DNA of 64,000 nucleotides from an uncultured Bacteroidota bacterium (GCA_963734955.1 CAVTJO010000010.1:8352-72351), one strand, 5' to 3'; counted from the stretch's first letter, positions 21,165-31,190 are shown. Translations and numbers: made by a program. The notes: generated by a model not told the origin, from the sequence alone.

Positions 21165-22510
21165 TGATGTACCTCATTCGCTATAAGATGAGAGGGAATG
21201 AGATTCATCGAGACTGGTTTTCCGCTTGTTGACCCGGCATTGCCGGCATAGACATGGAGCGGGAGGTTCTTCTTGAGGATGAGGGCCTGAAACTTGCCCC
21301 AGAGATATGAGAGAATGTTTGGAGACTTCGGCTCGGGAATCCTGTTATACACCGGTGCCACCGTCCGGAGATATGCCACGATGGCGTTGAGATCATCCTC
21401 CTTCAGGCTCGCGAATGCCGGCCATGGCATGGGATACGGAATCATCCGGGTTCCATTGCGACGAATGCCCTTGGTAAGGAAGGTTTTTATCTGATCGTCG
21501 GTCCAGTTTCCCAACCCTGTCTCCTTGTCCGACGTCAGGTTATAGGAGACGACGTCATCAAACGGGTAAAGATTCCATCGTTGGCCGCCGGCAAGTCGAA
21601 GTTCCTCGATGACACTCCCATCCTCCCGGACCGGTGAATGACAGAATCCGCACCCGATTGTGTTGACGAGATATCGTCCTCTCTCGACAGGATGGTGCTT
21701 TGCGAATTCGTCCACTGTCGCGTAGAACGTCTTAATCTCCTGGCCATTCATCGCCCAAACCGGTTTTCTCGCCAGTGATGCAACATAGTTGGCGAGGTCC
21801 CACATCTCATGGTCACTCGCTGAGCCCGCAAATGACGGCATCGGCGAACCGTCAATACCCGTCCTGAAGCGGAGATAAATGTCCTTTGGCGTGGAACCGC
21901 CACGGAATGTCCATGGCTCGGTCAAGTTAGTGGCATTGATGGGATATCCCCAATCATCCTGGAAGTCGGTGGCAATCGCGTTCATCCCCCGGCCATCCGT
22001 TCCATGACAACTGGTGCACTCAAGTTTCTCAAATACCTTTTTCCCTGCTGCAATACTCGCAGGAGTGGATGCAATGGGTCGCCCCGTGCTTACCACTTTC
22101 GGCGCTTCCTTCTGAAAGCGGGGAGAAAATGATTTCACATATGCGACCACTGCCCTTAAGGTGTCTCCATGAAGGAATGAGCCCCAATCAGGCATTGCCG
22201 TGCCGTGAAGCCCTTTCATAATTGAACTCATGAGATCATCGTCAGTGGGGATAGTCCCCGATTCGGTGGAGCGAAATTTGAACTTTCCGGCCGTGAAGTC
22301 CCTCGGCCGCGGGTTGAGAATTGCAGCAGCAACTCCGCGACCTTTCCCCTCTTTGTCGTGGCATTGCACGCACTTCATTTCATAGATCGATTTGCCGAGG
22401 GGATCATCCGGCTTGTCGGTCGGACCAGTGACAGCAAGCGCAGCAGACCCGTGCAGAAGGATGATCGCTCCGGCAGGCCAAGCCGCATACCGCGAGAAAG
22501 CATTCCCCAT
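21161..22510 (-). CDS. Triheme c-type cytochrome
   Basis: Signal peptide; CVQCH, CTSCH and CGFCH, each followed by an MP axial-ligand motif. Confidence 0.9.
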   Translation of the reverse strand: MGNAFSRYAAWPAGAIILLHGSAALAVTGPTDKPDDPLGKSIYEMKCVQCHDKEGKGRGVAAAILNPRPRDFTAGKFKFRSTESGTIPTDDDLMSSIMKGLHGTAMPDWGSFLHGDTLRAVVAYVKSFSPRFQKEAPKVVSTGRPIASTPASIAAGKKVFEKLECTSCHGTDGRGMNAIATDFQDDWGYPINATNLTEPWTFRGGSTPKDIYLRFRTGIDGSPMPSFAGSASDHEMWDLANYVASLARKPVWAMNGQEIKTFYATVDEFAKHHPVERGRYLVNTIGCGFCHSPVREDGSVIEELRLAGGQRWNLYPFDDVVSYNLTSDKETGLGNWTDDQIKTFLTKGIRRNGTRMIPYPMPWPAFASLKEDDLNAIVAYLRTVAPVYNRIPEPKSPNILSYLWGKFQALILKKNLPLHVYAGNAGSTSGKPVSMNLIPSHLIANEVHQ

Positions 22511-22601
22511 AGAGACTCCTTGAGTTGATGTATGATATGTGAATGAACAGATGTAACAGCAATGTGGTGGAACGATTTCAAATCAATTGCCTACTCGGAA
22601 A

Positions 22602-23447
22602 TCAAGGGTTCCGGGCAGGTCGTTTTGATTGGCCAGTGACACGCGCACTGATGGATGGAATCAGCCACGCTGCGTAGCCATCCTTCTGCTTCGCACAGTC
22701 AATCATGTCATTAAAGCGATTGCGCACATCCTGAAGCGGCTTGCCGGAGTTCATGCTGATCCACTCCTCGAATCCGTCCCGCCAGTGGACAAAGATCTCC
22801 GCCAGCAAATTTCGATCCACGCGCAACGTATCGACGCAGAGATAGTTCATTTCGATTTGGTCACATTTCAGGGACGCAAGTATTGCAGGCATCTTTCTCC
22901 CTTGTCGAAGATCCGAGCCTGCCCTGACGGAAGCTTTGCCTCCATAGACTCCGAAGAATTCATCCATGTCATATCTTGTTGGATGAAAGAATAGCATCCC
23001 GTAATCTTCGGCGAGATAGTACAGCCATCCGCCGGGTTTAACAACACGAATCATCTCCCTGATGACACCCTCAGAATCAGGAATCGCCTGCAGCATGTGT
23101 CGGCACAGACTGACGTCGAACCGATCACTTTCAAAGGGGAGCGCATGTGCATCCCCATGTTCGAATGTGAACCCCGGGTTGCTCCCGACCCGCTCCTTTG
23201 CACGTCGGATATGCGTCTCCGCCAGGTCAATGCCTGTTATGTGTCCGGGCGAAAACTCTCTCATGATTCGCACGGCAATCTCTCCCGTGCCGCAACCAAC
23301 ATCGAGTACATCGAGACCCGGTCGCGTGAAGATACGCTTGACGATGTTCCGCTCCTGGGGCCAGATAGCGCGGGCCTGGGCATCAAGAGTGCGCGCCATT
23401 GCCTCGTTTTCCATCGGAGCCTTTTGGCCGTAGTCATGATCAGACAT
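22602..23447 (-). CDS. Class I SAM-dependent methyltransferase
   Basis: VLDVGCGTG, GIDL, GDAHALPF..FD, RVVKPGG. Confidence 0.9.
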   Translation of the reverse strand: MSDHDYGQKAPMENEAMARTLDAQARAIWPQERNIVKRIFTRPGLDVLDVGCGTGEIAVRIMREFSPGHITGIDLAETHIRRAKERVGSNPGFTFEHGDAHALPFESDRFDVSLCRHMLQAIPDSEGVIREMIRVVKPGGWLYYLAEDYGMLFFHPTRYDMDEFFGVYGGKASVRAGSDLRQGRKMPAILASLKCDQIEMNYLCVDTLRVDRNLLAEIFVHWRDGFEEWISMNSGKPLQDVRNRFNDMIDCAKQKDGYAAWLIPSISARVTGQSKRPARNP

Positions 23448-23487
23448 TCAGGTGTCTTCCCTTGTTATTGCAAACACCAAGGCACGG

Positions 23488-23645
23488 TCATCTTAGAAAC
23501 AAGAATCGTTTCACGTCGGAAAACTCTCCGCTGGTCAACCGACAGAAATATGTCCCGCTCGCGAGGCCGCTTGCATTAAACGGGACCGTGTATCGTCCAG
23601 GCGCCAGACCTCGTTCACAAGGGTGGCGAATTCCTGTCCCAACAA
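23488..23645 (-). pseudogene. Orphan remnant of a T9SS C-terminal sorting domain
   Basis: LLGQEFATLVNE/LAPGRYTVPFNASGLASGTYFCRLTSGEFSDVKRFLFLR* with one frameshift and no upstream coding region. Confidence 0.7.
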
Positions 23646-23915
23646 GAGCCCCCGCCCGCGAACGAGGGTGGGGCAAAATGGAATCAACAATCCCTTTGGC
23701 TCTTGCAACGCCAAAAATTTGCCGATTCTTGTTTTAGTCAACAGGAGTTCCCGGGATGCATTAGCAAAATCTTCCTAAAACGTCGAGACAATAATCCGCA
23801 TTACTTAGACCTTAAATCATTTTAATTCGGCACTTTCCTGTTGTTTCTTTTCCCGTATGAGTTTTTCTTGAACTGGAGCGCTTGCTCTGTTTAACAACAG
23901 ATAAGGAGGGAAGGC

Positions 23916-24410
23916 ATGAAGCACACGATCGCATTGTTGAGCATTGTTTCTGTAATTTCCATCATGTGCCCCCGGGTTGCAGACGCTCAGGGCCGTTTTG
24001 GAATCGGCTTCATCGTTGGAGACCCAACAGGATTCTCCATGAAGTACAAAATCAACAACGTGAATTCCCTGGACGGCGCGCTGGGGTTTTCTCCTTTTGA
24101 CAGGTTTCGCATCCACGCGGACTATCTATGGATCACCAGACCGTTCAGCGATCAGCAGTTCTCTCTTACATACGGTTCAGGGTTTGCCATCGGGTTTGGC
24201 AGCTCCGACTACCTTGTCAGCAGAGGAAGATATGTATACTTCTCGCGAGACGTTCCCACCGGTTTCGGAGTGAGAGTCCCTGTAGGTCTTAGTTTCATGA
24301 TCCCTCGAAGTCCCGTTGAACTGACACTGGAGCTTGCACCCATGGTCATATTCGCTCCCGACGGGGGAGTTGGGATTGATGGCGGTCTGGCCGTCCGGTT
24401 CTACCCGTAA
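23916..24410 (+). CDS. Small outer-membrane beta-barrel protein (DUF3996-like)
   Basis: Signal peptide; FGIGFIVGDPTGFSMKY, HADYL, GVRVPVGL, ELAP, terminal AVRFY. Confidence 0.75.
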   Translation: MKHTIALLSIVSVISIMCPRVADAQGRFGIGFIVGDPTGFSMKYKINNVNSLDGALGFSPFDRFRIHADYLWITRPFSDQQFSLTYGSGFAIGFGSSDYLVSRGRYVYFSRDVPTGFGVRVPVGLSFMIPRSPVELTLELAPMVIFAPDGGVGIDGGLAVRFYP

Positions 24411-24540
24411 ATGCGGCTACGCATTCCCACAAGTACAGGCGATCGGGCAATCCCCGATCGTCTTTGTTTTGACCAAGCCGTCGGGTGCATAGATGTCGGG
24501 AATGATACGCTCCGCAAGCACAATCATTTTCCGGCAGACA

Positions 24541-25254
24541 CTAAGAGACTTCGAAGAAGGGGTCGAACAGGCGACGAACGTCCAGCAACGATTGCTCAAT
24601 CAATATGTCGACGGTCTTTGCGTAGATATCAAGAACCGCCACTGCGTTGACCATCGAATCGGTTTCAGTTGCGGTGCGAAGCCGTTCGATGATCGCGGAG
24701 TTTACAATCTCCATGTTGCGATAGATACGCTGCAGGCCCTCCAGAGTGAAATCGGCACCACGACCGTCTCTCTTCAAGAAATACTGGGCCAGCAAATACA
24801 TCGAGGTTGCACGGTACACCGTCTCTTCTCTTCCAGCAAAGGGCAAATGAAAGCGCGCCATCGGCTTGAAGACGGCAGTGTGAGGGCATCCGCTGGTGGC
24901 AATCACGAGCCCTATCAGCGAACCAATCCCTCGCTGGGCACTCGTGACTGAGGAAATGCGTCGTTCCTTTGTAACAACTTCCAGGTGGATCTTATCATAT
25001 GAGAGCAGGCCATCGAAGCGGTCAACGATACTCACGAGTCGTGCTGCAACGGGGCAATGAGGGTTGGTCCTGGCTTTGAGGGGGCAGTGGGAACATTGGT
25101 GAAATTTCAGCCTGGTCCAGGAAGGCAGACGCTTCGGGAGGGGATTGCACGGAGAAAGAGTTCGGGAGTCCAATTCCACATCAAAAACCTCCTGCGATGC
25201 ATCGGCAAGAGTGAAACTGTACTGAATGCTGATACGCGCCATTGAATGGACCAA
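24541..25254 (-). CDS. Conserved hypothetical protein (DUF6901-like)
   Basis: WTRLKFHQCSHCPL...CP, ATSGCP...PMARFHLPFA..EETVYRATSMYLLAQYF. Confidence 0.65.
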   Translation of the reverse strand: MVHSMARISIQYSFTLADASQEVFDVELDSRTLSPCNPLPKRLPSWTRLKFHQCSHCPLKARTNPHCPVAARLVSIVDRFDGLLSYDKIHLEVVTKERRISSVTSAQRGIGSLIGLVIATSGCPHTAVFKPMARFHLPFAGREETVYRATSMYLLAQYFLKRDGRGADFTLEGLQRIYRNMEIVNSAIIERLRTATETDSMVNAVAVLDIYAKTVDILIEQSLLDVRRLFDPFFEVS

Positions 25255-25459
25255 GCCCCGGTGATCAAACCACTGACAAAACCTTGCGTCGAATTAATCT
25301 GAAATTGGTGTCAATTTCAACTGAAGTATTCCGATATGTTTGTGGTTCACATCATGAGCGCAAATAACTACGCAGGCACCCTCCGGCGCTGGCGACATGT
25401 TCCGAATGAGCAATCGGCACTTGACAGCGGCAATTGTGAGGGGCTTCTCGAGCCGGAAC

Positions 25460-26263
25460 TTATCGTCCGAGAAGACGTTTGACGCCATCCAATACTGATG
25501 ATGGCCCCTGAACGTGAACAACTTGAACAGTAATATTGTCCTGTCCCCCACGCTCGTTTGCGAGGTCAACCATGGCCTTGCATGCAGCCGGGGGTGGATG
25601 CGACAATACCAGTTTCTGCATTTCTTCATCATCCACATTGTTGTACAATCCATCACTACACAGGAGGTAGTATTCATCCGCACGCAACGTGAGATTCGAG
25701 ACAATGTCAACCTCCACGTCCGATCCCACGCCGAGCGCCCGATAGAGAATGGACCGCTGCGGATGTTTCTTCGCTTGCTCCCTCGACAACTCCCGACGGC
25801 GAACCATCTCTGCAACCTGTGAATGATCCTTGGTCAACTGCTTGACGCTCAACCGGGTTATCCGGTACACGCGACTATCGCCGACATGCGCAACGAATGC
25901 CTTATGCTCCAAGATGACTAAAGTACTACATGTCGTCCCCATGGCGGCAAGCAGGGGATTGCTGCGCCCGTATCGGTATATCGCCTCATTCGCTTTTAGA
26001 AATGCCTTGCGCAGACTCTCTTCCGTTGAATCTGAAGCATCGGCAAAATACGCATTCTGGATAGTCTCAACGGCAAGAGCGCTTGCCTCCTTTCCACCTC
26101 TGTGTCCACCCATGCCGTCGGCAACGATAAACACGTGACCTTTGGGAGCTGCGGGGTCGAGAGTATCAGCGGGAAATTTCCCAAATGCATCCTGGTTTTC
26201 CGACCGAACAAGACCGATGTCGGTGCAATTTCCGTACGATATTCTGAGTTCAATATCCGACAA
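25460..26263 (-). CDS. PP2C-family Ser/Thr phosphatase (PppA/Stp1-like)
   Basis: TDIGLVRSENQD, VADGMGGH, MGTT, HVGDSR, LCSDGL, GGQDNIT. Confidence 0.93.
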   Translation of the reverse strand: MSDIELRISYGNCTDIGLVRSENQDAFGKFPADTLDPAAPKGHVFIVADGMGGHRGGKEASALAVETIQNAYFADASDSTEESLRKAFLKANEAIYRYGRSNPLLAAMGTTCSTLVILEHKAFVAHVGDSRVYRITRLSVKQLTKDHSQVAEMVRRRELSREQAKKHPQRSILYRALGVGSDVEVDIVSNLTLRADEYYLLCSDGLYNNVDDEEMQKLVLSHPPPAACKAMVDLANERGGQDNITVQVVHVQGPSSVLDGVKRLLGR

Positions 26264-26332
26264 ACCGACGATTGCCTCTACGTGGTTATGGGTGAGGGTG
26301 GATTGCGGGTATCGACACTCGGCACGCAGGTT

Positions 26333-27832
26333 TCATCTGGACCCGCTGTCGACTGAATCGGCATGAGCTACATTGAGCGGATTATCAAAGTCAAACCCGA
26401 ACAATCTGGGGTTCTCGCCGATCACTGCTGCGGACACAATATAAAAAACATAGTCGAAGGTTTCCTGGGGAAACTTGTTCTCACTCAACATTTTCCAGAA
26501 ATTTCGCTGCCGGGGGTCTTCAGGCATGCGGCTCAACATCTCACGAACTTTGTTCTCGTTCCAATTGTAACAGGCCATCACCAGGAGCCCCGATGCCTGG
26601 GCCTCTGTTTGATAAAGATCTCTCAGATAGTGCGCCGCCGCCCCGGTTGCCTTGTCGACGTTTTGCCGTTCGTCGAGCGGATCGGGTTTTCGCAAATCGA
26701 CAAGTGGACCCGTTTGAAGACCGTACTTTAACGCTGTCTGCGGGATGAACTGCCACATCCCTTTTGCGATGCCAGCATACGTCTGGGGCCCGCACCGTTG
26801 CGTGTCGAAGTCACTCTCCTGGAGGGCAAGATAGAAGAACTGCGGCGGCATGTCATTCGCAAGCAACGCACGTACGATTCTCGGGGCGTAGCGATCCGCC
26901 TTCGCTCTCTGGATCGCCTCACGGAAACGGGGAGTTGCCTGCCAGTATCGAATGTACTGCTTCACTGTTTCTACAAACCCCTTTGGCATGCTCACATCAC
27001 ACTCACCGAACAGGCGCGCCACCTTGTAAATGAGCCACTCTTCATCTGTGAGCTTGCCCTTTGAAATGCCCAGCTCGTCAAGAAAATCCTCGTACCTCGC
27101 CTGAAGGCCCTGCTGTTCTTTCAGCTTCTCCTGAAACTGTTTCCTTATCTCAGGGTCAGCCGTTTGGTCGACAGTCGATTGCAATTTCGCCACCTGCAAC
27201 TCGAGTGATTTCGTCGCATAGAAGACGTTTTCAGCGGTGGCATGCAGCAATTCCAGTTTCCTCACACGCTGCTGATAGTACAGAATTGCGGCAACGGCAC
27301 ATATCAACAACACAGAAATGATTCCGATGACGAGCCTGTAACGCTTCGAGTGTTTCTGCTTTACTTTCTGATACGCCTGAAATATCAAGCGGGTCCGTTC
27401 GCCCGCAGTGCCGGATTCCGCGCCCTCGAAGTATCGCTGAACGACCTGCGTCAGGCCCCGGGGGTCATCGGTAATGTTCCTTCCCGGTCTTTGTGTTTGA
27501 TCCTCAATTTCAAAAAAGAGAACAGGGCCGTCAAGGGCCAGGCTTACCTTGACTCCCACAGGAAGAAGAACCTTGTCAAGGATACGCTCACCGTTAACGT
27601 AGGTTCCATTCTTGCTGCCCACATCCCTGAGCCACCAAGTACCGTTTTCCCAAAACACCGCGGCATGGCGCGAGCTTACGTTCTTGTCAGCAAGCTGGAT
27701 GTCATTCTCATCGCCCCGGCCAATATTGAAGCCAAATGCAAGGCGTTCCGGACCCTTGAGCACCTTCCCTTTTTTTACCTGGACACGAACCGGAGGTGCG
27801 GCAAAGACCTGGGTCTTGTCGAGTGAGCTCAT
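26333..27832 (-). CDS. FHA domain - transmembrane helix - coiled coil - lytic transglycosylase (SLT/MltD-like) fusion
   Basis: FHA: IGR...VSSRHA...DVGSKNGTYVNG. TM: LVIGIISVLLICAVAAILYY. SLT: LALQES, AKGMWQFIPQTA, ACYN, ETFDYV. Confidence 0.88.
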   Translation of the reverse strand: MSSLDKTQVFAAPPVRVQVKKGKVLKGPERLAFGFNIGRGDENDIQLADKNVSSRHAAVFWENGTWWLRDVGSKNGTYVNGERILDKVLLPVGVKVSLALDGPVLFFEIEDQTQRPGRNITDDPRGLTQVVQRYFEGAESGTAGERTRLIFQAYQKVKQKHSKRYRLVIGIISVLLICAVAAILYYQQRVRKLELLHATAENVFYATKSLELQVAKLQSTVDQTADPEIRKQFQEKLKEQQGLQARYEDFLDELGISKGKLTDEEWLIYKVARLFGECDVSMPKGFVETVKQYIRYWQATPRFREAIQRAKADRYAPRIVRALLANDMPPQFFYLALQESDFDTQRCGPQTYAGIAKGMWQFIPQTALKYGLQTGPLVDLRKPDPLDERQNVDKATGAAAHYLRDLYQTEAQASGLLVMACYNWNENKVREMLSRMPEDPRQRNFWKMLSENKFPQETFDYVFYIVSAAVIGENPRLFGFDFDNPLNVAHADSVDSGSR

Positions 27833-27921
27833 CTAAACGTATACTTGAATCTTCAAAGCCACAATCAATTTCTATGAGGAGTCCCGGGATGGCCGGACGC
27901 GATCGTTGAACGAAATCCCGG

Positions 27922-29868
27922 CTACTTCAACGTCAACTCATATCCCATGACAATGCTGACTTCCCGCCCAAGTATCTCCGGCGGAGTTGTCACGCGAATC
28001 TTTAGTGGTATTCGATTTGTAGGTCCAGCGCGTTCTGTGATCTCCACTTCGATTCCCTTGTACGGTAATCGCGCTTCGGTCGCCTTCAGCAGGTCGCCCA
28101 ATACCTCCACTACCTTCCCTTTCACAGCAGACGTCGAAAGGTGTGGGGGGAGATCACGCTCGAATCGCAAAAGATGTTGAAGAATGCGAGATGTCATCAA
28201 TTGACACGCCAACGTGGCATGCGTGCGCGCATCCTCATTCGCCTCTTCGTTGTCGTACTTCCCGGGGAGATGAATCGTGGGAGCAAATGCGACACATACA
28301 GAATCGTCATTCGGTCGGCAGGATAATACCGTGAACCCCATCTCCGAGAGTTCTACTTGCTTGTCTTCAGGAATGTTTACATCCAACGGTATGCGCACCT
28401 GCGTGCCCGAACTGGAGGGGAACCACAACGGCAAATCGTCAACTCTCCCGCCACTTTGAGGACCTGTGAAATGCGTCGGCCAACCGCTTTCAGCGAAGCT
28501 GCGCGCCATCGTTATCGCAACTGCAACCGCCGGGCTGCCCCACAAAAAGAGAGTTGGGTCTATAGGCCCGCCCCTCAGGGTAGTACTGCCTGGTGACTCG
28601 ACGAATTGAAACTCTTTCACGGGATTATCCGGCCCGTAAGGAAACCGCAGGAGAAATCCCGGCAGAGCGAGTGCCACGTAGGCTGATATATCCCGGCTCC
28701 GCAACGAATTCCAGGCTACATATTCCGGTCTCTCGAAATGTTGCCAGAGAACCGCCAGTTCCGCAATGTCTGAAGGACCTTTCCGTCCGAAGAACGAAGG
28801 GCCAACGGCGGCAACAAATGGCACTTGTGCACTTGCCATTGTCTCTGCAATATCGCGAAGATGGTCCACCTCACGTGGAGAAATGCCGAATTCAACATCC
28901 GTTATAACCACCGAAGCAGGAGCCTCTTCAAATTGCTTTCGCGTCTCATCGGAAGGGTTCAACAATTGATTATGGAGGGCCGCATTGAGATGCTCTTTAT
29001 GTGTCGCCAGCACACTGAAGCGAATATTCTTCCGGAAATCAATCCTGTCGACTAAAAACTTCAGTTCGCGCCAGGAAGCCTCAAGCCTCTGGAAACGAGG
29101 ATCATGCAGAATCGCGTTTACCTGATCACTCAGCATTTGATCAAGTTCCGCAGTCAACATTGTCGCAACGCGCCCTTCAACACCAGCAACTCCCTGAGCA
29201 GACGTGGAGACACCCGAGCCGGCACCGTTTCCGGTAATTGCGGTGAGGAATGCATTCATGGAGTCAGGTTTCTTTCCTGCGACCCCGCCGGGAGTGAGGT
29301 CAACCATTCGGAGTAACGAACCCAGCTTGCCTTCCTCCTGTGAGGCACTACGTTGAATCTCAGGAGTCGCTGGAGGAAGGGGTTGGGTAGATACGTCCGG
29401 GGCAGCAAGCACTTCCTGAAACCGTTGGGCCAGATCCGGATCGAGGCCTGCCGCCTCCGCGTGTGTTTTGAAATCGGCAAGCGGCAATTCTCCCTTCCTC
29501 ACTTTCTCCACAAGCATTCGCACCTTACGCAGCCGCGACAATGCCGGAACTTGCGCCGAGATGCTTTCAGGGCGAAATGCCTTCAGGTCATGAAATTGTA
29601 AATTGACCTCCACCGCCCTGGTCCCTCTCCCAATGAGATCGGGGACGTCAATACTCAGCCGGGGTGCAAGCCTCTGCATCAGTTGGGAGAATGATTCCTT
29701 GTTCACCTCCTCAACGATGAGCGATCCAGGCCCGTCCGCCGGACCCTGTGGGTTGAGATCACCCAGAAATAGAATGTGAAATGGAAGCTGGGTGGACTTT
29801 ACCTTCGCTTGAACCTGTAGGTGCGATTGAATGGTGATCCCTACAGGTCCTTTTGTTCGTTTCGCCAT
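27922..29868 (-). CDS. Second T6SS sheath gene: TssB-TssC single-chain fusion
   Basis: The N-terminus aligns by eye to TssB (LPFHILFLGD...FRPESISAQVPAL). The C-terminus aligns to TssC (ILHDPRFQRLEASWRELKFLVDRIDFRKNIR...FLLRFPYG). Confidence 0.85.
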   Translation of the reverse strand: MAKRTKGPVGITIQSHLQVQAKVKSTQLPFHILFLGDLNPQGPADGPGSLIVEEVNKESFSQLMQRLAPRLSIDVPDLIGRGTRAVEVNLQFHDLKAFRPESISAQVPALSRLRKVRMLVEKVRKGELPLADFKTHAEAAGLDPDLAQRFQEVLAAPDVSTQPLPPATPEIQRSASQEEGKLGSLLRMVDLTPGGVAGKKPDSMNAFLTAITGNGAGSGVSTSAQGVAGVEGRVATMLTAELDQMLSDQVNAILHDPRFQRLEASWRELKFLVDRIDFRKNIRFSVLATHKEHLNAALHNQLLNPSDETRKQFEEAPASVVITDVEFGISPREVDHLRDIAETMASAQVPFVAAVGPSFFGRKGPSDIAELAVLWQHFERPEYVAWNSLRSRDISAYVALALPGFLLRFPYGPDNPVKEFQFVESPGSTTLRGGPIDPTLFLWGSPAVAVAITMARSFAESGWPTHFTGPQSGGRVDDLPLWFPSSSGTQVRIPLDVNIPEDKQVELSEMGFTVLSCRPNDDSVCVAFAPTIHLPGKYDNEEANEDARTHATLACQLMTSRILQHLLRFERDLPPHLSTSAVKGKVVEVLGDLLKATEARLPYKGIEVEITERAGPTNRIPLKIRVTTPPEILGREVSIVMGYELTLK

Positions 29869-29933
29869 GTTCGATTCCTATTTTCGTTCTGCCGCATTCC
29901 GCGCATAACGCGGATGGACAATACTTCGCTCCC

Positions 29934-30425
29934 CTACTTTGACCTTCCCGGAGTGAAACTCAGCATCATACGCTCGACTTGCGGGCCCAGTGTCTTACGC
30001 GTCTTCTTGTTGAAGGTGGCCGTGAGTTTGTATGCGGTTCTTTCAGCAAGAACAAAAATCTGCTCCTGATACACTTTGACTGTATCAGTGGGATGCCAAC
30101 TGAAGATAGCTTTATAGGCTGGCACTCCATTGGCAAGCGTGATGCTGCCTTTCTTCAGAAGTCGACACGCTTTGAGTTCCTGCTCAAGTGCCCCAATTTG
30201 CCATTCGGCATACTCTCGAACCGTTTCAAAGTCCGAATTCTGTTCCAATGTAATCACGACGTTGTGCTGGATGGCATCTTCGACGGGACCGGTGAGAGTA
30301 TAGATCGTCTTGTCCTGCCAGTCGTCGGGGAAAGAAAGCTCAAAGGTATTCGCGAGAAAGCTCCGGTGAAGGGCTCTTCCCTCTTCGTTTTTCTTCCCGC
30401 TGGTTTGTGGCTTCGGTTGAGTCAT
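29934..30425 (-). CDS. DcrB/DUF1795 (Eag-like, PsbP fold) T6SS chaperone
   Basis: FELSFPDDWQDKTIYTL...NVVIT...VYQEQIFV...AYKLTAT...MMLSF; T6SS context. Confidence 0.72.
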   Translation of the reverse strand: MTQPKPQTSGKKNEEGRALHRSFLANTFELSFPDDWQDKTIYTLTGPVEDAIQHNVVITLEQNSDFETVREYAEWQIGALEQELKACRLLKKGSITLANGVPAYKAIFSWHPTDTVKVYQEQIFVLAERTAYKLTATFNKKTRKTLGPQVERMMLSFTPGRSK

Positions 30426-30455
30426 CCGGTTTCTTGCCGTTGTGAATCCGAAAAC

Positions 30456-31169
30456 TTACTGGCGAGTGTCTGGCATGGCCTCGGCTTGCTCGGTAAGAGC
30501 CACCCAGGTCTTAGATTTTTGTAGCCGAGCAATCTCGCTGTCACGTTCTGCTTCGTTCATGGAATACAGAAATATACGTGCATTGACCATATCTGATTCT
30601 TCGTCTTCCATTGAGAGCAGTCGACGCATCATCAGGTAGGCCTCGTCGCACACGCGGCGGTTCGGGCTTTTCTCTTCAGTAAAAGGTCCCTGCTCTCGAG
30701 GAGTAAGCCAACGCTTATCCCCAAGTAGTTGATTCAACTGCTTGACAATTCTCGCCTGGTCTTCCCTGTGGAAACCAACAACTGACTGCAAAGCCCAGAC
30801 GAGTTTGTCCGGCGAACCAGCGTCAAGCGAATCAAGAAGAGGGGTCAGTGCGACATCTCCTAGCGATAGGATAACAAGCCGCGCATTCTGTACTGCTTGT
30901 TCCTCAGGGTCTTTTCTGTTCGTCATGTCGACGACCTGACGCGTTTGCTCCCACGCCCGACCCCGGATCGTCCCGACCAAAGAATCCACTTTCTTGTTGT
31001 CGTTTGGATTCAACGATTCAATTGCAGCATTGAGAGAAGTATCCATGGATTTTGCTCCCATCAGTTGCTTGTGTTGTTCATTCCTTGAGCATGTCGCACC
31101 ACTGAGCACCGCTAGCATTGCGTACGTAAGAGTCGTCCACCGGATTTCCTGTCTTATCATCCTACGCAT
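30456..31169 (-). CDS. Exported helical protein / possible lipoprotein, candidate immunity protein
   Basis: Basic N-region, hydrophobic stretch and Cys (non-canonical lipobox); RVCDEAY motif; lies directly downstream of a putative effector. Confidence 0.5.
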   Translation of the reverse strand: MRRMIRQEIRWTTLTYAMLAVLSGATCSRNEQHKQLMGAKSMDTSLNAAIESLNPNDNKKVDSLVGTIRGRAWEQTRQVVDMTNRKDPEEQAVQNARLVILSLGDVALTPLLDSLDAGSPDKLVWALQSVVGFHREDQARIVKQLNQLLGDKRWLTPREQGPFTEEKSPNRRVCDEAYLMMRRLLSMEDEESDMVNARIFLYSMNEAERDSEIARLQKSKTWVALTEQAEAMPDTRQ

Positions 31170-31190
31170 AGCTCGACCGTCCTTGCCCAG

